Assembly: GCA_951406725.2 (NCBI GenBank)
Contig: OX597835.1
Location: forward strand, 33,542,001 to 33,606,000
From: Octopus vulgaris
Taxonomy: Eukaryota
DNA length: 64,000 bases
Direction of reading: 5' to 3'
Positions 1 to 12,926 of the stretch are shown here, piece by piece (position 1 is the first letter of the stretch; every line of letters begins with the position of its first letter). Position numbers and translations under genes: made by a program. Below the pieces are notes generated by a model. It was given only the letters and a program-made list of their open reading frames with translations, ran no database searches and was not told the origin of the DNA.

Positions 1-7
1 ATGTATG

Positions 8-102
<95 letters not shown>

Positions 103-106
<4 letters not shown>

Positions 107-215
107 GGAGAATTCACAAAACAACCAAAAGACGACGGCAGGTGGTTTAGACAACAAGCAGATGTATTAGTTTAACGCTCGGGAAGTGAAAATGTCTTTA
201 ACATTTCGAGCCTAC
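103..215 (-). mobile_element. PLE-like terminal repeat fragment (3' half of a hammerhead motif)
   Basis: Aligns with 39991-40100; minus strand reads GTAGGCTCGAAATGTTAAAGAC; flanked by (TA)n. Confidence 0.6.
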
Positions 216-1654
216 ATATGTATATATATATATATATATGCATATACATGTGTACGTATTATTGTAATTCATATTTTAAAATATTGCAGGAAATAATTTA
301 TTTTATAAATAAACATCCGTTGCAATACTTAATTATCAAATACTCGTAAAATTTCAGTTAATTACAGTTGCCGAGTTTAATTAAAATACCTTCTTGCTTC
401 AGTGGATAATTGTCCAAAATATTTATTAAACATTTAATGTAGAAACAACATAAAGCAAAGCAAAATCTGTGACATACCTCATTAAAGAGAGAGAGACACC
501 ACGATCTCATGTATGTGCGTTTCACACGTCACGTCGCCCGAGTCTGAGATAATTACACAAACCCAGTCTTGTCCGTTCAATATGTCATGTTCCGCCATCT
601 TGTTTTCGTGAGCCATTTTAATTTCAAACAAATCTAAGCCTTTCCCACTCTCTTTATTTCACACCTTTTTCTCTCTCGCTTTTCTCACACTTCTTCCTCA
701 CACATTCCTCTCTTTGATTTTCTCCCTTTCACCCTTTCTCCCACTACTCTCCCTTGTTTCTCTCCATCCCTTTTTTGTCATTCCTTCTCTCCTCTTTCCT
801 CTTTCAGTCTCTCCTTTTTTCTTTCTCGTTCTCTCTCTTTAATCGCTCTATACTTGCTACCGAATTTATTTCCATCCTTTACCTCTATGAATCAAATTTT
901 CTTTCGTTCGTCCTCGATGTGTGTGTGTGCGAATGAGTGTCTGTGTTGGTGCAATCGTGAGGGAGTAGTTTGTGTATGTGTGTGTGTGTGCGTGCGTGTT
1001 GTGTACCACCGTCCTTTTGTATCTTCTGAACTTATTCTCTGTCTGTCTTTTCCCTATCCCCTCTACAGTTCTCCCCCCCCCCCCCCCACCACCACCACCA
1101 ATCATTTTCTATAGCTTTTTTTAAGAACTATGCAATGAACCAACATTCACATGCACGTACATGAACACTCTGCATATATTTTCTCTCTCTTCTTCTCATT
1201 CTCCTTCGCAAACACACACCATACGTACCTATAAACAAAAGGCATAAACACACACACACATACACACTCACACTAAACACACCACCATAGTACGGACAAC
1301 AATAACAAATATACAAAACTGATCTAAATGCACTGAAATGAATAAAGATGAAGAATTAAAAACAAACAATCAAACGACACAGAATTGTTGAAATCAAATT
1401 TACCATTCCTATTATCATATTTATAGAATGTCATCATTTATCAATGGAATCAATCGGATTGCAGATCAAAGTATAGCTATTCTAATTAGAAGAATTTGGT
1501 TATTACTCTTTGAAGATTGTGTTGTGGTTTTTAGGCTTCCTCAGTCATTGGTACTCTATGTTCTTTTCTTGCATTTCAAATATCTATCAATCTATTTAGC
1601 TAGCTGTCTGTCTGTCAGTTTGTCTGCCTGCCTCTTGATCTTCCTACCTTTCTG

Positions 1655-1688
<34 letters not shown>

Positions 1689-1859
1689 AATTTATTCAGC
1701 TATCCCCCGATCTGACTATTTATTTATTTATCTCTCTCATTTCTCTCTCTCACTTTCTCTCTCTCTCTCTCTCTCTCTCTTTCATTCTGTCTATCTATCT
1801 ATTTAACTATCTATCAACTTATCTATCTGTCTATCTGTCTGTATTGATCTTCCTACAAT

Positions 1860-1920
<61 letters not shown>

Positions 1921-1944
1921 TCAGCTATCCACCGATCTTTCTAT

Positions 1945-2050
1945 AGAGTAGAGAAGCAAGTTTTATCTAGCGAATGTTTCAAAACAAGATGGGTGAATGT
2001 AGCAAGCATGGCACGTATGAATGACGAATCCACCATGAACCCGGAAAAAT
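1945..2050 (+). mobile_element. Tx1/L1-like LINE ORF2 C-terminal fragment (inverted partner of 2190-2430)
   Basis: Translates RVEKQVLSSECFKTRWVNVASMARMND; reverse complement matches 2193-2307. Confidence 0.55.
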
Positions 2051-2189
2051 GTCATGTTATAAAGTGTAAAGGGGGAAGCAGATAAGATTTATCCATGGAA
2101 AGAAAAGCCTACGGAAAAGACCACGGTAACCTCAGTCAATAATGTCACATGTTAACACATTTATTTGCAAGTAAGTAACTCTCTGTTTT

Positions 2190-2430
2190 AAATTTTTCCG
2201 GGTTCATTGGATTATACTAAAGGTGGCTTCGGCATTCCTACGTGCCATCCTTGCTACATTCACCCATTTTTTTTTAAACATTCTCTATACAAAAGTTGCC
2301 TCTCTACTCTCACTTTCCTTTTCAAGTGATACTTGAAGAAGTTGATGAGAGATTGACCAGAGAAGAAAGTGTGTGACTCTAACACTTTCAGGCGCGTCCA
2401 CCAGATACATTCTTCCGTCATAGCCACAAG
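2190..2430 (-). mobile_element. Tx1/L1-like LINE ORF2 C-terminal fragment
   Basis: LVAMTEECIWWTRLKVLESHTFFSGQSLINFFKYHLKRKVRVERQ; same family as 47415-47959; IW..R motif typical of L1/Tx1 ORF2 ends. Confidence 0.6.
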
Positions 2431-2462
<32 letters not shown>

Positions 2463-2472
2463 TAAATGGATC

Positions 2473-2802
<330 letters not shown>

Positions 2803-3248
2803 CGCAGACATACATACAGACAGATAGTTAGACAGAAGACATACAGATAGATAGGCAGATAGATACATGTACATATATAAGCATGCATGTATATATGTAT
2901 ATATACACTCATATATTTACGTGTGCGAGTGTGTGGCGTGTGTGTATGTCTGTACGTGTGCAAGTGGGAGTGTGTGAGTATGTTTATATAGAGAGATACA
3001 GACGCAATCGTCGGCAGATTAGCGCTAGGTACAATGATTGCGTCCAACCTTTACGGAGAGATCTTTCTCTTTGCTCTATTATAGCAAGTAAATCCAATTG
3101 AAAACTGTTATTGAGGGAAAGGTGAGAAGTGTGACGCTAGACAAGGAGAATATTAACAATAATAAATGTGATTACTTGTTCCAAACATAAAACAGCACCA
3201 AGTTGAGAGACGATGGAGAGAAACGGTGCCGGATATAAATATATATTG

Positions 3249-3279
<31 letters not shown>

Positions 3280-3327
3280 GAGAGAGAGAGAGAAAGTGAG
3301 AGGGAGAGAGATAGGGCATGAACATAG

Positions 3328-3340
3328 CTAGATAGATAGC

Positions 3341-3433
<93 letters not shown>
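3328..3433. repeat. (GATA)n microsatellite
   Basis: Tandem GATA following a (GA)n tract. Confidence 0.95.
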
Positions 3434-3434
<1 letters not shown>

Positions 3435-3673
3435 TAGCATGATAGAGTGTCGTCCTGGTGTGACTACGTCCAATAAAAGCGTTTCATCCCGTTTTTGAAG
3501 TCATTTATTGGAAAAGGCTTTTGTGTCATTGCATGTCTGTGACAAAGTGTATATGTGTATACGCAAGGCTGTAAATAGGTTCGTGTTGACATTTATATGT
3601 ATTTGTATCTATGAATGCATGTGTGCATGTATGTATGAGCGTGTGTGTTTATACGTAGATCTCTATGTGCATG

Positions 3674-3753
<80 letters not shown>

Positions 3754-3973
3754 TATATGCGCATCAAATATTATATGAGACGAAATGGCTGAGTCAATAA
3801 ATGCATGCGTGGCAACGTATTCGAGTGTAGAACTTGCAATGAGCAATGCATATTTGTATGTTACATACTTCATATATGCATATATATATATATATATGCA
3901 TATATATATTTGTAATCATGAATATATATATATTCATATATCTATCTATCTGTCTATGTATATTTGTGTTTGA

Positions 3974-4022
<49 letters not shown>

Positions 4023-4043
4023 ATCTATTTTTTATCTATCTAT

Positions 4044-4096
<53 letters not shown>

Positions 4097-4514
4097 CGTG
4101 GGTCTATGCGTACATATACGTACATATATAAAATGCGCGTGTATGTGTGCCTACAAGTGATTACGTCTGTACGTGCGCGCCTGTGTGTATGTGTGTATGT
4201 GTGTGTGTATTTATGTGCTCTGTGTGTCTCATAGTAAATTGAATCTAGCTTTCCTTTGAACCCTTCTACATTAAAGTCATATCTATGTTTGACTTTAATC
4301 TTTTTTACCAAGTATTTTTCGCATATCCATGCCTCTGTATTACGTTCCGTTTGAAACAATTGCATTTTCTAAATCAGTTTTTCTGTTCACAGTACAAGAA
4401 CGTTCTCGGCGTCATGACCGTAATAAAATGGCGGTCACAAGGTGTAATATTCGCGCGCATTGCCGTAGGTGGCAAAAAAAGTATGGAGGATGCAGTTATA
4501 ACTATCATACTTTC

Positions 4515-4630
4515 ATGTGGTGTACTGCTTAGGGTTGTTGTGATCACGACCTTGGGTTCGCAGGTTCGACTCTCGGATGGGGTAGAAGGCATTTTGAGTC
4601 TTTGAGCAAGACTCTTCATTTCGCCTATCA
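4515..4630 (+). mobile_element. degenerate tRNA-derived SINE head
   Basis: B-box GGTTCGACTC followed by CORE-like GTCTTTGAGCAAGACTCTT. Confidence 0.4.
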
Positions 4631-5059
4631 GTTAAGTGTTGGTGCCGCCCTATCTACGCCCGAAGACGCAAGCATGTCTTTGTGATTAGGAAGATCGCTT
4701 TATACTGAAATGACTTCCGGTTCATTTCCACTTCCTGGCACCGTGGCCAAGGGTTATTATACCCCCGGGTCGAATCCGTTTTATGATTCGTTCCTCCAAC
4801 ATTGAAGCCATGTATTATTGCGTAGTGTTTTATGATTTTTGTAAGATATTCTTGTATTTCCTTCATAAATTCGTTGCTCTTATCATTTCTACATATCGTT
4901 CTTCTTACTCTTTTTTTTCTCTTCATTTCTCTCTTCATTGTTAAAGAGAGAGTTAACTCAAAGTTCTTAAGGATGTTTCTGTTGTGTTTTTAATAAAGGG
5001 TTTGTGGCGTTCAGACTTAAATAAATCCCACAGTTTGTAGACAATTCTATATTTTAAAA

Positions 5060-5244
5060 CAGTGCTCCGCAACTGGTATGCCGCGGCACACTGGTCTGCC
5101 ACTTGGAGATGCTAGGTGTGCCGCAGTGTAACCTGAATATAATATTTTTCCTTTTACTTTAATTGTAGTTTTAGTTCAGGTGTGCCGCCGAATTTCGAAA
5201 AGAATTTAAGTGTACCGCAATTGATAAACGGTTGCGGAGCATTG
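5060..5244. mobile_element. hAT (Charlie-like) MITE
   Basis: TIRs CAGTGCTCCGCAAC / GTTGCGGAGCATTG; repeated subterminal GTGTGCCGC motifs; TTTAAA-type target on both sides. Confidence 0.8.
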
Positions 5245-5920
5245 TTTAAAGACATCACACACACACAAATATAAATATTTGTCTTTTATAAACAACAGCA
5301 ACAAGAACTCTCTCCACGCGTAATCTCAGAACTAAAACCAATATCTTCAGAACCACAACCCACTGACTAAAATCATTCTTTTACAACTCTCGGACAACAG
5401 AACGACAAATCCTAATCTTTAGAAAACTTAACCTAAAAAACTTATTCCCAAACTAAGAATTTCTGAAATTCTGGTCTTCGCACTAACGTTACACTTCAAA
5501 CAATTTCTTAAAATGGAAAAGCAACCGATCAATATACGAACGTAAATTCGATTAACGAAGACATTTCTACACTGATTCGTTGGTTGATATTAAGCTGATC
5601 CTTGGCGTTGAACACTATAAAATCTACTAGTTTTCTAGTAACGTACTTCCAATTAGGATGGTCAGCAATGTTTTATATCTACAGCATATGATTTTTATCT
5701 CATTTGGTGAATTATAAAAATGTCTTGTCTCTCTTAAAATAGTTTCTCTTCTTGCTTAGGCAGTAATCATCTTTGTATGGTATGGAATGGGTGTGTTTGT
5801 CTGTGTGTGTGTATGTGTGGGAGTGTACGAGCACTTGTATGTGCGTGCATATGCATTTATATATGATAATATACATACGTAGAAACATGTATATACAGAC
5901 ACATACACACAAACACGTAT

Positions 5921-5963
<43 letters not shown>

Positions 5964-5987
5964 TGTGAGTCTGTGTGTGTGTGTTTG

Positions 5988-6037
<50 letters not shown>

Positions 6038-6663
6038 TATACGCATACTGATATACTTCTAAGTGACTGAGTGTGTCTGAAGGTGTCTGTGAATGTGTGT
6101 GTGTGAGTGCGTGCGTGCCTCTGTGTGTGCGTGTGTGTGTGTGTGTGTGTATCTGTAGATATATGCACATGTTCGTCTATAACTACGTACAGCTCGAGCT
6201 ATAGATGGAGATGTATTATGTTTGTAGGCACAATCTGACACAACTCGCAAGAAACATGGTAAAAGGAAAAAATGAAAGACACCGAATAACTGGTAGTTTT
6301 CTTTGATTATTAACTTCTGATCTACTAAATATAAAAAGATATATAATTTCAATGCTTCAGCGTAGCTGACCAAAGGAGCAAAGGAGAGAGAGCCGATATG
6401 TTTTAACTTGAAGGCAACGTGAAGCTGTCACTTGAATAAAAATACAACATCAGGAAAACTCCATCATAACGAGAATTTTCACTTGTTTTATTTTGCTCGT
6501 TCTCTCTCCCACTCTTTCTTGCTCTCTCTTTCTCTCTCTCTCTTTCTTTCTGTCTCTGCTTTCTGTCTTTCTTCCTCTCTCTCTTCATATTTATCCTTCC
6601 CCATCATTACCATAAGTACGCAGATAATAACAAGCTATAAGCAGCATGGAACTTTTCGTATAG

Positions 6664-6703
<40 letters not shown>

Positions 6704-6715
6704 TGTGTGCGTGCA

Positions 6716-6776
<61 letters not shown>

Positions 6777-6944
6777 TATACATATATACATATATATGTA
6801 CATATATGTATATGTATATATGTATGTATATGTATATATATGTGTGTATATATGTATACACTTATACATATATAAGGTATCTATGCATGAGTGCGCGTTT
6901 GTGTGAGTGAATACATGTGCATGTATTTCACTTTATGCGTATGT

Positions 6945-6984
<40 letters not shown>

Positions 6985-7046
6985 TGTGTGTGTGTGTTGT
7001 ATATATATATAATTATTCATATATATACAAAGATATATTCAGCATC

Positions 7047-7095
<49 letters not shown>

Positions 7096-7713
7096 ACGAC
7101 AGAAGCACATAGGGACCGTGATCGCAATTTCAATGAGAGCGGCTTGTCAAACGGTGTTTTGACAAGCCATTACCGCTCGGCAGGACTTACGAATACAATA
7201 TTTAGACCTCGCCTGGTCTTTATGTCTTTTATTCAACAAATGTTCTCCAAAGGTTATAATCTTTTTGATCACCCTAAACTAGCACTGTGTGTGTATGCAA
7301 ACAACACACACACACACACAAACATAAATATATACATATACATTGCAGATAGATAGATAGGTAGATAGATAGACAGGCAGAGAAGCAGGCAGACAGGCAG
7401 ACAAGCAGACACACAGACAGACACACAGGCATACAGACAAACATACAGACAGACACACAAACAAACACACAGCCAAGATTGCATCTTACACCATTTTTCC
7501 TTTGGAATAAAACCATGCTGTCTTTGAAACATATGTCAAAAGTAAAGGAATTTTATTAACATCTTCGTTCAACCACATTTATTTATTTATTCATCTGTAA
7601 CACACAAATTACTGCACATTAACCGAGTTTCTGACGTGAATTTGCTACCATGGTAACGGTTCATTGAATTTTCCATGTTAACGGTAAACATAGAATAATT
7701 CATTCACCCATCG

Positions 7714-7780
<67 letters not shown>

Positions 7781-7781
<1 letters not shown>

Positions 7782-8027
7782 TCTTTTATTCTTTCACTTG
7801 TTTCAGTCATTTGACGGCGGCCATTTTGGAGCACCGTCGTTTAGTCAAAGAAAACGAACCCAGAACGTATTCTTTTGAGGAACCCCTAATTTATGGGAAT
7901 ATAAACACACTAATATCGGTTGTCAAGCGATGGTGTGGGGATAGACACGGGTACAAAGGCAGACACACATCAATATACTTTTATATATTTAACGACGGGA
8001 TTCTTTCAGTTTCCGTCCGCCAAATCC
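7781..8027 (-). mobile_element. SINE family A, 3' part (diverged)
   Basis: Similarity to 11032-11440, including tail CTTGTTTCAGTCATTTGAC. Confidence 0.8.
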
Positions 8028-8928
8028 AGAATCCAGAAGTGAGTATGTTAAAACTTTGTGCGCATGCACTTGGGAGTTCAAGGTGAATCCGTGCCAAGCG
8101 GCTTCACTTTGGGTGCTTTAGACTCGTTACTATGTCAACATTCAGGATACTTATTGATCAGACCACGTACAACCCTGATCCAAAGATATTTTATTACCCA
8201 AAAACCTAAAGATCAATGTTTCACACTGAAATAAAGTGACAACGTCATTTATCCAATTGATCTTGATAAAATATTTAATTTATTTTACAAGTGTTTTTAC
8301 TTGTGTGACAAATTACGATGTGGGACATAATTTATTATGCAACAGAAATCGAGTTCAATTAACTGTAATATTTCTCGAATATCCCATTTAATATAATGTT
8401 TGTCCCTGTCGGTTTCTGTAAATATATTAAGACATTTATTTGTTTATAAAACATATTCTATTTGCTTGTTATTTGTTACTGTTCTGCTTGTTTTTGTCGC
8501 TCTTTTTCTAATGCCTCGTTTAACAATTTAATTAATTGCTGTTCTGTGCCTTCCCTTGTTATTAATTCATCCATCTACGCAACAAAATAATGTTGTCAGT
8601 TGCTGGTAATATTTTTTTAGACTATATTTGAATATAATTCTTACAAACACAGTTTGTGTCACTGACCGATATGTGTTTGCTTGTTGAATATGGAAGACAT
8701 AGATATGTTAAAATTACTTGAACATCAGAGATAACCACATGAAAATTTGACGGAACGAAAGAGCGCGAAAGAAGCACAATATCATTGGCAGAGAATTGAG
8801 CGCAGCTATTTTGATGTTTATGATTTGGCAACGCTGCCTTTCATCCTTCTTATGGGCATAAAATAAGGTACCCGTCAATTACCAGGGTCGATCTAATCAA
8901 CTAAAATCATAGTACCAAAATTAACAAG

Positions 8929-8929
8929 A

Positions 8930-9006
<77 letters not shown>

Positions 9007-9042
9007 CATCATTATTATCATTATTATTGTTATTATTATTAT
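8929..9042. repeat. (ATT)n microsatellite
   Basis: Tandem ATT. Confidence 0.95.
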
Positions 9043-9059
9043 TCTTTTATTTCTTCTGA

Positions 9060-9170
9060 CACTTTACGCTCAGAGTTCAACTTCCGCCGAGGTCAACTTT
9101 GCCTTTTATCTTTTTGGAGTAGATAAAATAAAGTACCAGTGACGGACTGGGGTCGATGTGATCAATTAAA
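9060..9170 (+). mobile_element. SINE family B fragment
   Basis: GAGTTCAACTTCCGCCGAGGTCAACTTTGCC...AAGTACCAGT matches family B. Confidence 0.75.
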
Positions 9171-10131
9171 CCCTTCTCTCTAAATATTTGCTGATCCAGC
9201 GCCATAATTCTAAACCTTTCATCTGTTACAATGTCTTTGTAACCCCTAAGGTTTTTAACCCTTAAATTAATTTAGATCTATACTAAACACGAAATGAATT
9301 GAGTTATTTGATCTAGGATATATTGGTTGCGGTAATTCAAGATGAGAGCATGAGTGTAGTGGAGGAAGTTTAATCTATGTGTATGTTATAGGCTTCTTTG
9401 GTAATTCCATCAATTCCAATATATGTGATGTATGTTCAATAATGACTAATATAAACTGGCTTTCTATTTCTGTTTTATCATTATCTCCCCCACTCTCTCC
9501 CTCTCTCTTTCTGTCTTTCTTCACTGATGGCTGCAGTCAACAAACGATTACACTTCACCTAGACCCATTGATGTATTTAAGATGACAATGTCTCTCCGTA
9601 AGATCAGAGGACGAAAACAAAAAAGAAAGATAACAAACAAAAAAGAAAGATAACAAACAAAAATAATTGATTTCTTCCTGAGAAGCATATGAAATGGAAA
9701 GACAGGCGTGACCAATATAGTAATGGCTGAATCTATAAAGTGTCTTGTCAGTGGCGTTAATTGTATGAGTATGATCAACAGAGTAATACTTACTGATACC
9801 TTAAAAGTAAAACCAACGTTCGGAAAACAAGGTACTTGAGATAATTTAATTAAACAGAATGTAATAACTGAAGTAAAATTACCGTTTCTTTTTTATTTTT
9901 AGCTAACAATAGTAAAAATCCAAGTAAACAAGATGAGATTTAGAACCTGATGTATTGAGTTATATCAGGTTGTGTATAAGGATAGAGAGAATCGTGTGGT
10001 TCAGAAGTTCGTTTCGCAGTCAAGTAGTTACGGGTTTAATGCTATTGCACAGCACCTTAGGAAAACCTATTCTATTAAAACGACGGGTTGACACAAAGCC
10101 TTATGAAACCTGTCATGTATATATATATATA

Positions 10132-10432
10132 TCACCGTGATCACCATGATCACTGTGACCGACCAGGCCTTCAGATGTTGCTACATATCGCTGGTCACAA
10201 TGCGCATCGCATTGTTTTAGCCTTCAAATGACGCCACCCCTCTGGCTAAGCGAGCAGGTCAACAGAAGAAAGAGCGAGAGAAAGTTGTGGCAAAAGAGTA
10301 CAGCAGGGATTGCCACCACCCCGTGCCGGAGCGTCAGGGAACTTTAGGTGCTTTTGCTTAATAAATACTCACAGCGCCCTGTCTGGGAATCGAAACCGTG
10401 ATCCTACGACCGCGAGTTCTGTGCCCTAACCA
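10132..10432 (-). mobile_element. SINE family C (tRNA-like head plus structured 120-nt tail)
   Basis: Minus strand TGGTTAGGGCAC...GGTTTCGATTCCC (A/B boxes); tail shared with 12688-12807 and 63224-63340. Confidence 0.75.
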
Positions 10433-10948
10433 TATATTATTTATGTGTATATTGATGTATTCATATACGTAAGAGTTTGGACATGTCCTTGTATATGTTA
10501 GAGTTTGGATATGCCCATGCATACACGGACATGTCCAAACTCTTATGTATATGAACACATCAATATACACATAAATACAAATATACATGTATATGAAATT
10601 ATATACCCATGCACGCCGGCAGGTAATTTTACGATCCACTTTCAGTTCCAGAGCCAACGCAAGAATGGTTCCAGGTGAGGTGTTTACATAAGGAAATAAC
10701 ATAAAATGGTTAAGGCTCATTAAAGCTGTTTCAAACGGGTTTCTTTTTATTGATGAAGAAATCGATTATATTATGAATCGATAGAATAAGTACCAGACAT
10801 AAAAAAAAAAATTATTGAGAACGGTCTGTTCGATTAAAACCCTTCAAAGCGATGCCGTGGCCCAGCAAAACCGCAGTAAAATGGCCGTAAAGAAGCCGAA
10901 AATAATGGTGTGTTCTGTGTATCAGTACATACATGCATACATACATAC

Positions 10949-11024
<76 letters not shown>

Positions 11025-11031
11025 TTATATA

Positions 11032-11210
11032 GGCACAGGAGTGGCTGTGTGGTAAGTAGCTTGCTAACCAACCACATGGTTCCGGGTTCAGTCCCACTAC
11101 GTGGCATCTTGGGCAAGTGTCTTCTGCTATAGCCCCGGGCCGACCAATGCCTTGTGAGTGGATTTGGTAGACGGAAACTGAAAGAAGCCTGTCGTATATA
11201 TGTATATATA

Positions 11211-11241
<31 letters not shown>

Positions 11242-11440
11242 TTGTGTGTCTGTGTTTGTCCCCCTAGCATTGCTTGACAACCGATGCTGGTGTGTTTACG
11301 TCCCCGTCACTTAGCGGTTCGGCAAAAGAGACCGATAGAATAAGTACTGGGTTTACAAAGAATAAGTCCCGGGGTCGATTTGCTCGACTAAAAGGCGGTG
11401 CTCCAGCATGGCCGCAGTCAAATGACTGAAACAAGTAAAA
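11032..11440 (+). mobile_element. SINE family A, full length (tRNA-derived, CORE-like)
   Basis: A box TGGCTGTGTGGT, B box GGTTCAGTCCC, CORE-like GGCATCTTGGGCAAGTGTCT, internal (TA)/(TG) tract, tail CAGTCAAATGACTGAAACAAGTAAAA; more than 10 copies in window. Confidence 0.92.
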
Positions 11441-11441
11441 A

Positions 11442-11483
<42 letters not shown>

Positions 11484-11485
<2 letters not shown>

Positions 11486-11671
11486 CATATGCGCTTGGCT
11501 TAGATTTTCCTTTGGGGCTGGCCAGGTCGGAGCAATCTCAAGATTAATCAGCCGAAATTGCGAGGATGATCCGGTTCTTGACTGAAGATCGAAGGCTTCG
11601 AATGTCCCGTCTGTATTTTTTGTATCGTCTTCTAAATGTTTTACGTTCTTGTCCCAGTTTGCATTTTTTAC
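11484..11671 (+). mobile_element. PLE-like terminal repeat (family P1) with permuted hammerhead-like motif
   Basis: Homologous to reverse complement of 33650-33815 and 34285-34495; sits between (TA)n tracts. Confidence 0.6.
11516..11588 (+). ncRNA. candidate pseudoknotted hammerhead-like ribozyme
   Basis: GGCTGG..GCAATC-TCAAGA..TCAGCC-GAAATTGC..TCTTGA-CTGAAGA: all core strands present, in non-canonical order. Confidence 0.45.
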
Positions 11672-12023
11672 ATATATATATATATATTTATATGTATGTA
11701 TGTATGAATGTATGTGTATAGGAACGTATATGTATATATGCACGTATGTTTGAATGTATCTATAACGTACATAACTACAAGCAAGATGATCAAAACAATA
11801 CTGAAAGCCAAGAGAGCATTTCGTGTGGTTATGACAGCTGTCATCTATTTATTCCAACAACCCGTTCCTAATCATCAAACTGGATACAAAGTGTTCAGTC
11901 TACTGATCAGGAACGTGAAATTCGAATGAAGAAATATGAGCTGTCATAATCTTCCTCTTTCGCTCTCTTTCTCTGTCTCTGTCTCTCTCTGTCTCTGTCT
12001 CTCTGTCTCTCTATCTCTCTTTC

Positions 12024-12067
<44 letters not shown>

Positions 12068-12121
12068 TTTGTGTGCGTATATGTGTATATATGTATGCAT
12101 ATATTCTTTTATTTTGGTTGT

Positions 12122-12668
12122 CTTTTGCTTGTTACAGTCATTTGACCACAGCCATGCTGGAGCACCGCCTTGAGTTTTAGTCAAAGAGATCGACCCCAGG
12201 ATGGGGAAATCTATTGACTAGCATCAAAAGAATGACAGCTCTATTATGAAAAGGTGTTTCGTGAGCCTACGACTTATTTCATGGGTCCCTTTTGCAGAAC
12301 CGCTAAGGTATGGGGACGTAAACACACCAACATCGGTTGTCAAGCGATTGTGGAGTCCAAACAGACACAAATACACACACACACAAACATATACAGCAGG
12401 TTTCTTTCAGTTTCTTATTTCTTTACAGAGGGGACAAACAAGGACAGACAAACGGATTAAGTCGATTATATCGACCCTAGTCTGTAACTTGTACTTATTT
12501 AATCGGCCCCGAAAGGATGAAACGCAAACGTCGACCTCGGCGGTCCACCAAAACACGAAGATTAGGTCGCCCCTAGGCTATAGTAGAAGACGGCCAAGGT
12601 GCCTCGCAGTGATACTGAACCCAGAACCATGTGGTTGGGAAGCAAGCTTCTTATCACACTGCCTTGCC
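12122..12668 (-). mobile_element. SINE family A interrupted by a family B fragment (12415-12545) and a 57-bp templated insertion
   Basis: Collinear similarity to family A on either side of the inserts. Confidence 0.8.
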
Positions 12669-12687
12669 TATATATATATATATATAT

Positions 12688-12807
12688 GGCCTGCTCGCTT
12701 AGCCAGCGGGATGGCGTCATTTGAAGTCTAAAACAATGCGAAGCGCATTGTGACCAGCGATGTGTAGCAACATCTGATAGCCTGGTCGGTCACCGTGATC
12801 ACGGTGA
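12688..12807 (+). mobile_element. stand-alone 120-nt family C tail module
   Basis: Matches reverse complement of 10132-10260; embedded in (TA)n. Confidence 0.8.
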
Positions 12808-12824
12808 GATATATATATATACAG

Positions 12825-12926
<102 letters not shown>

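Noticed and set aside
1428-1715. Possible host exon (MSSFINGINRIAD...)
   Set aside because: No domain similarity recognised; ORF runs into a microsatellite; splice signals unconvincing
4654-4938. 94-aa basic ORF
   Set aside because: No recognisable family; could be decayed transposon sequence
11032-11105. tRNA gene
   Set aside because: A and B boxes belong to a SINE head; no full cloverleaf or poly-T terminator (same for 42515-42585 and 57735-57800)
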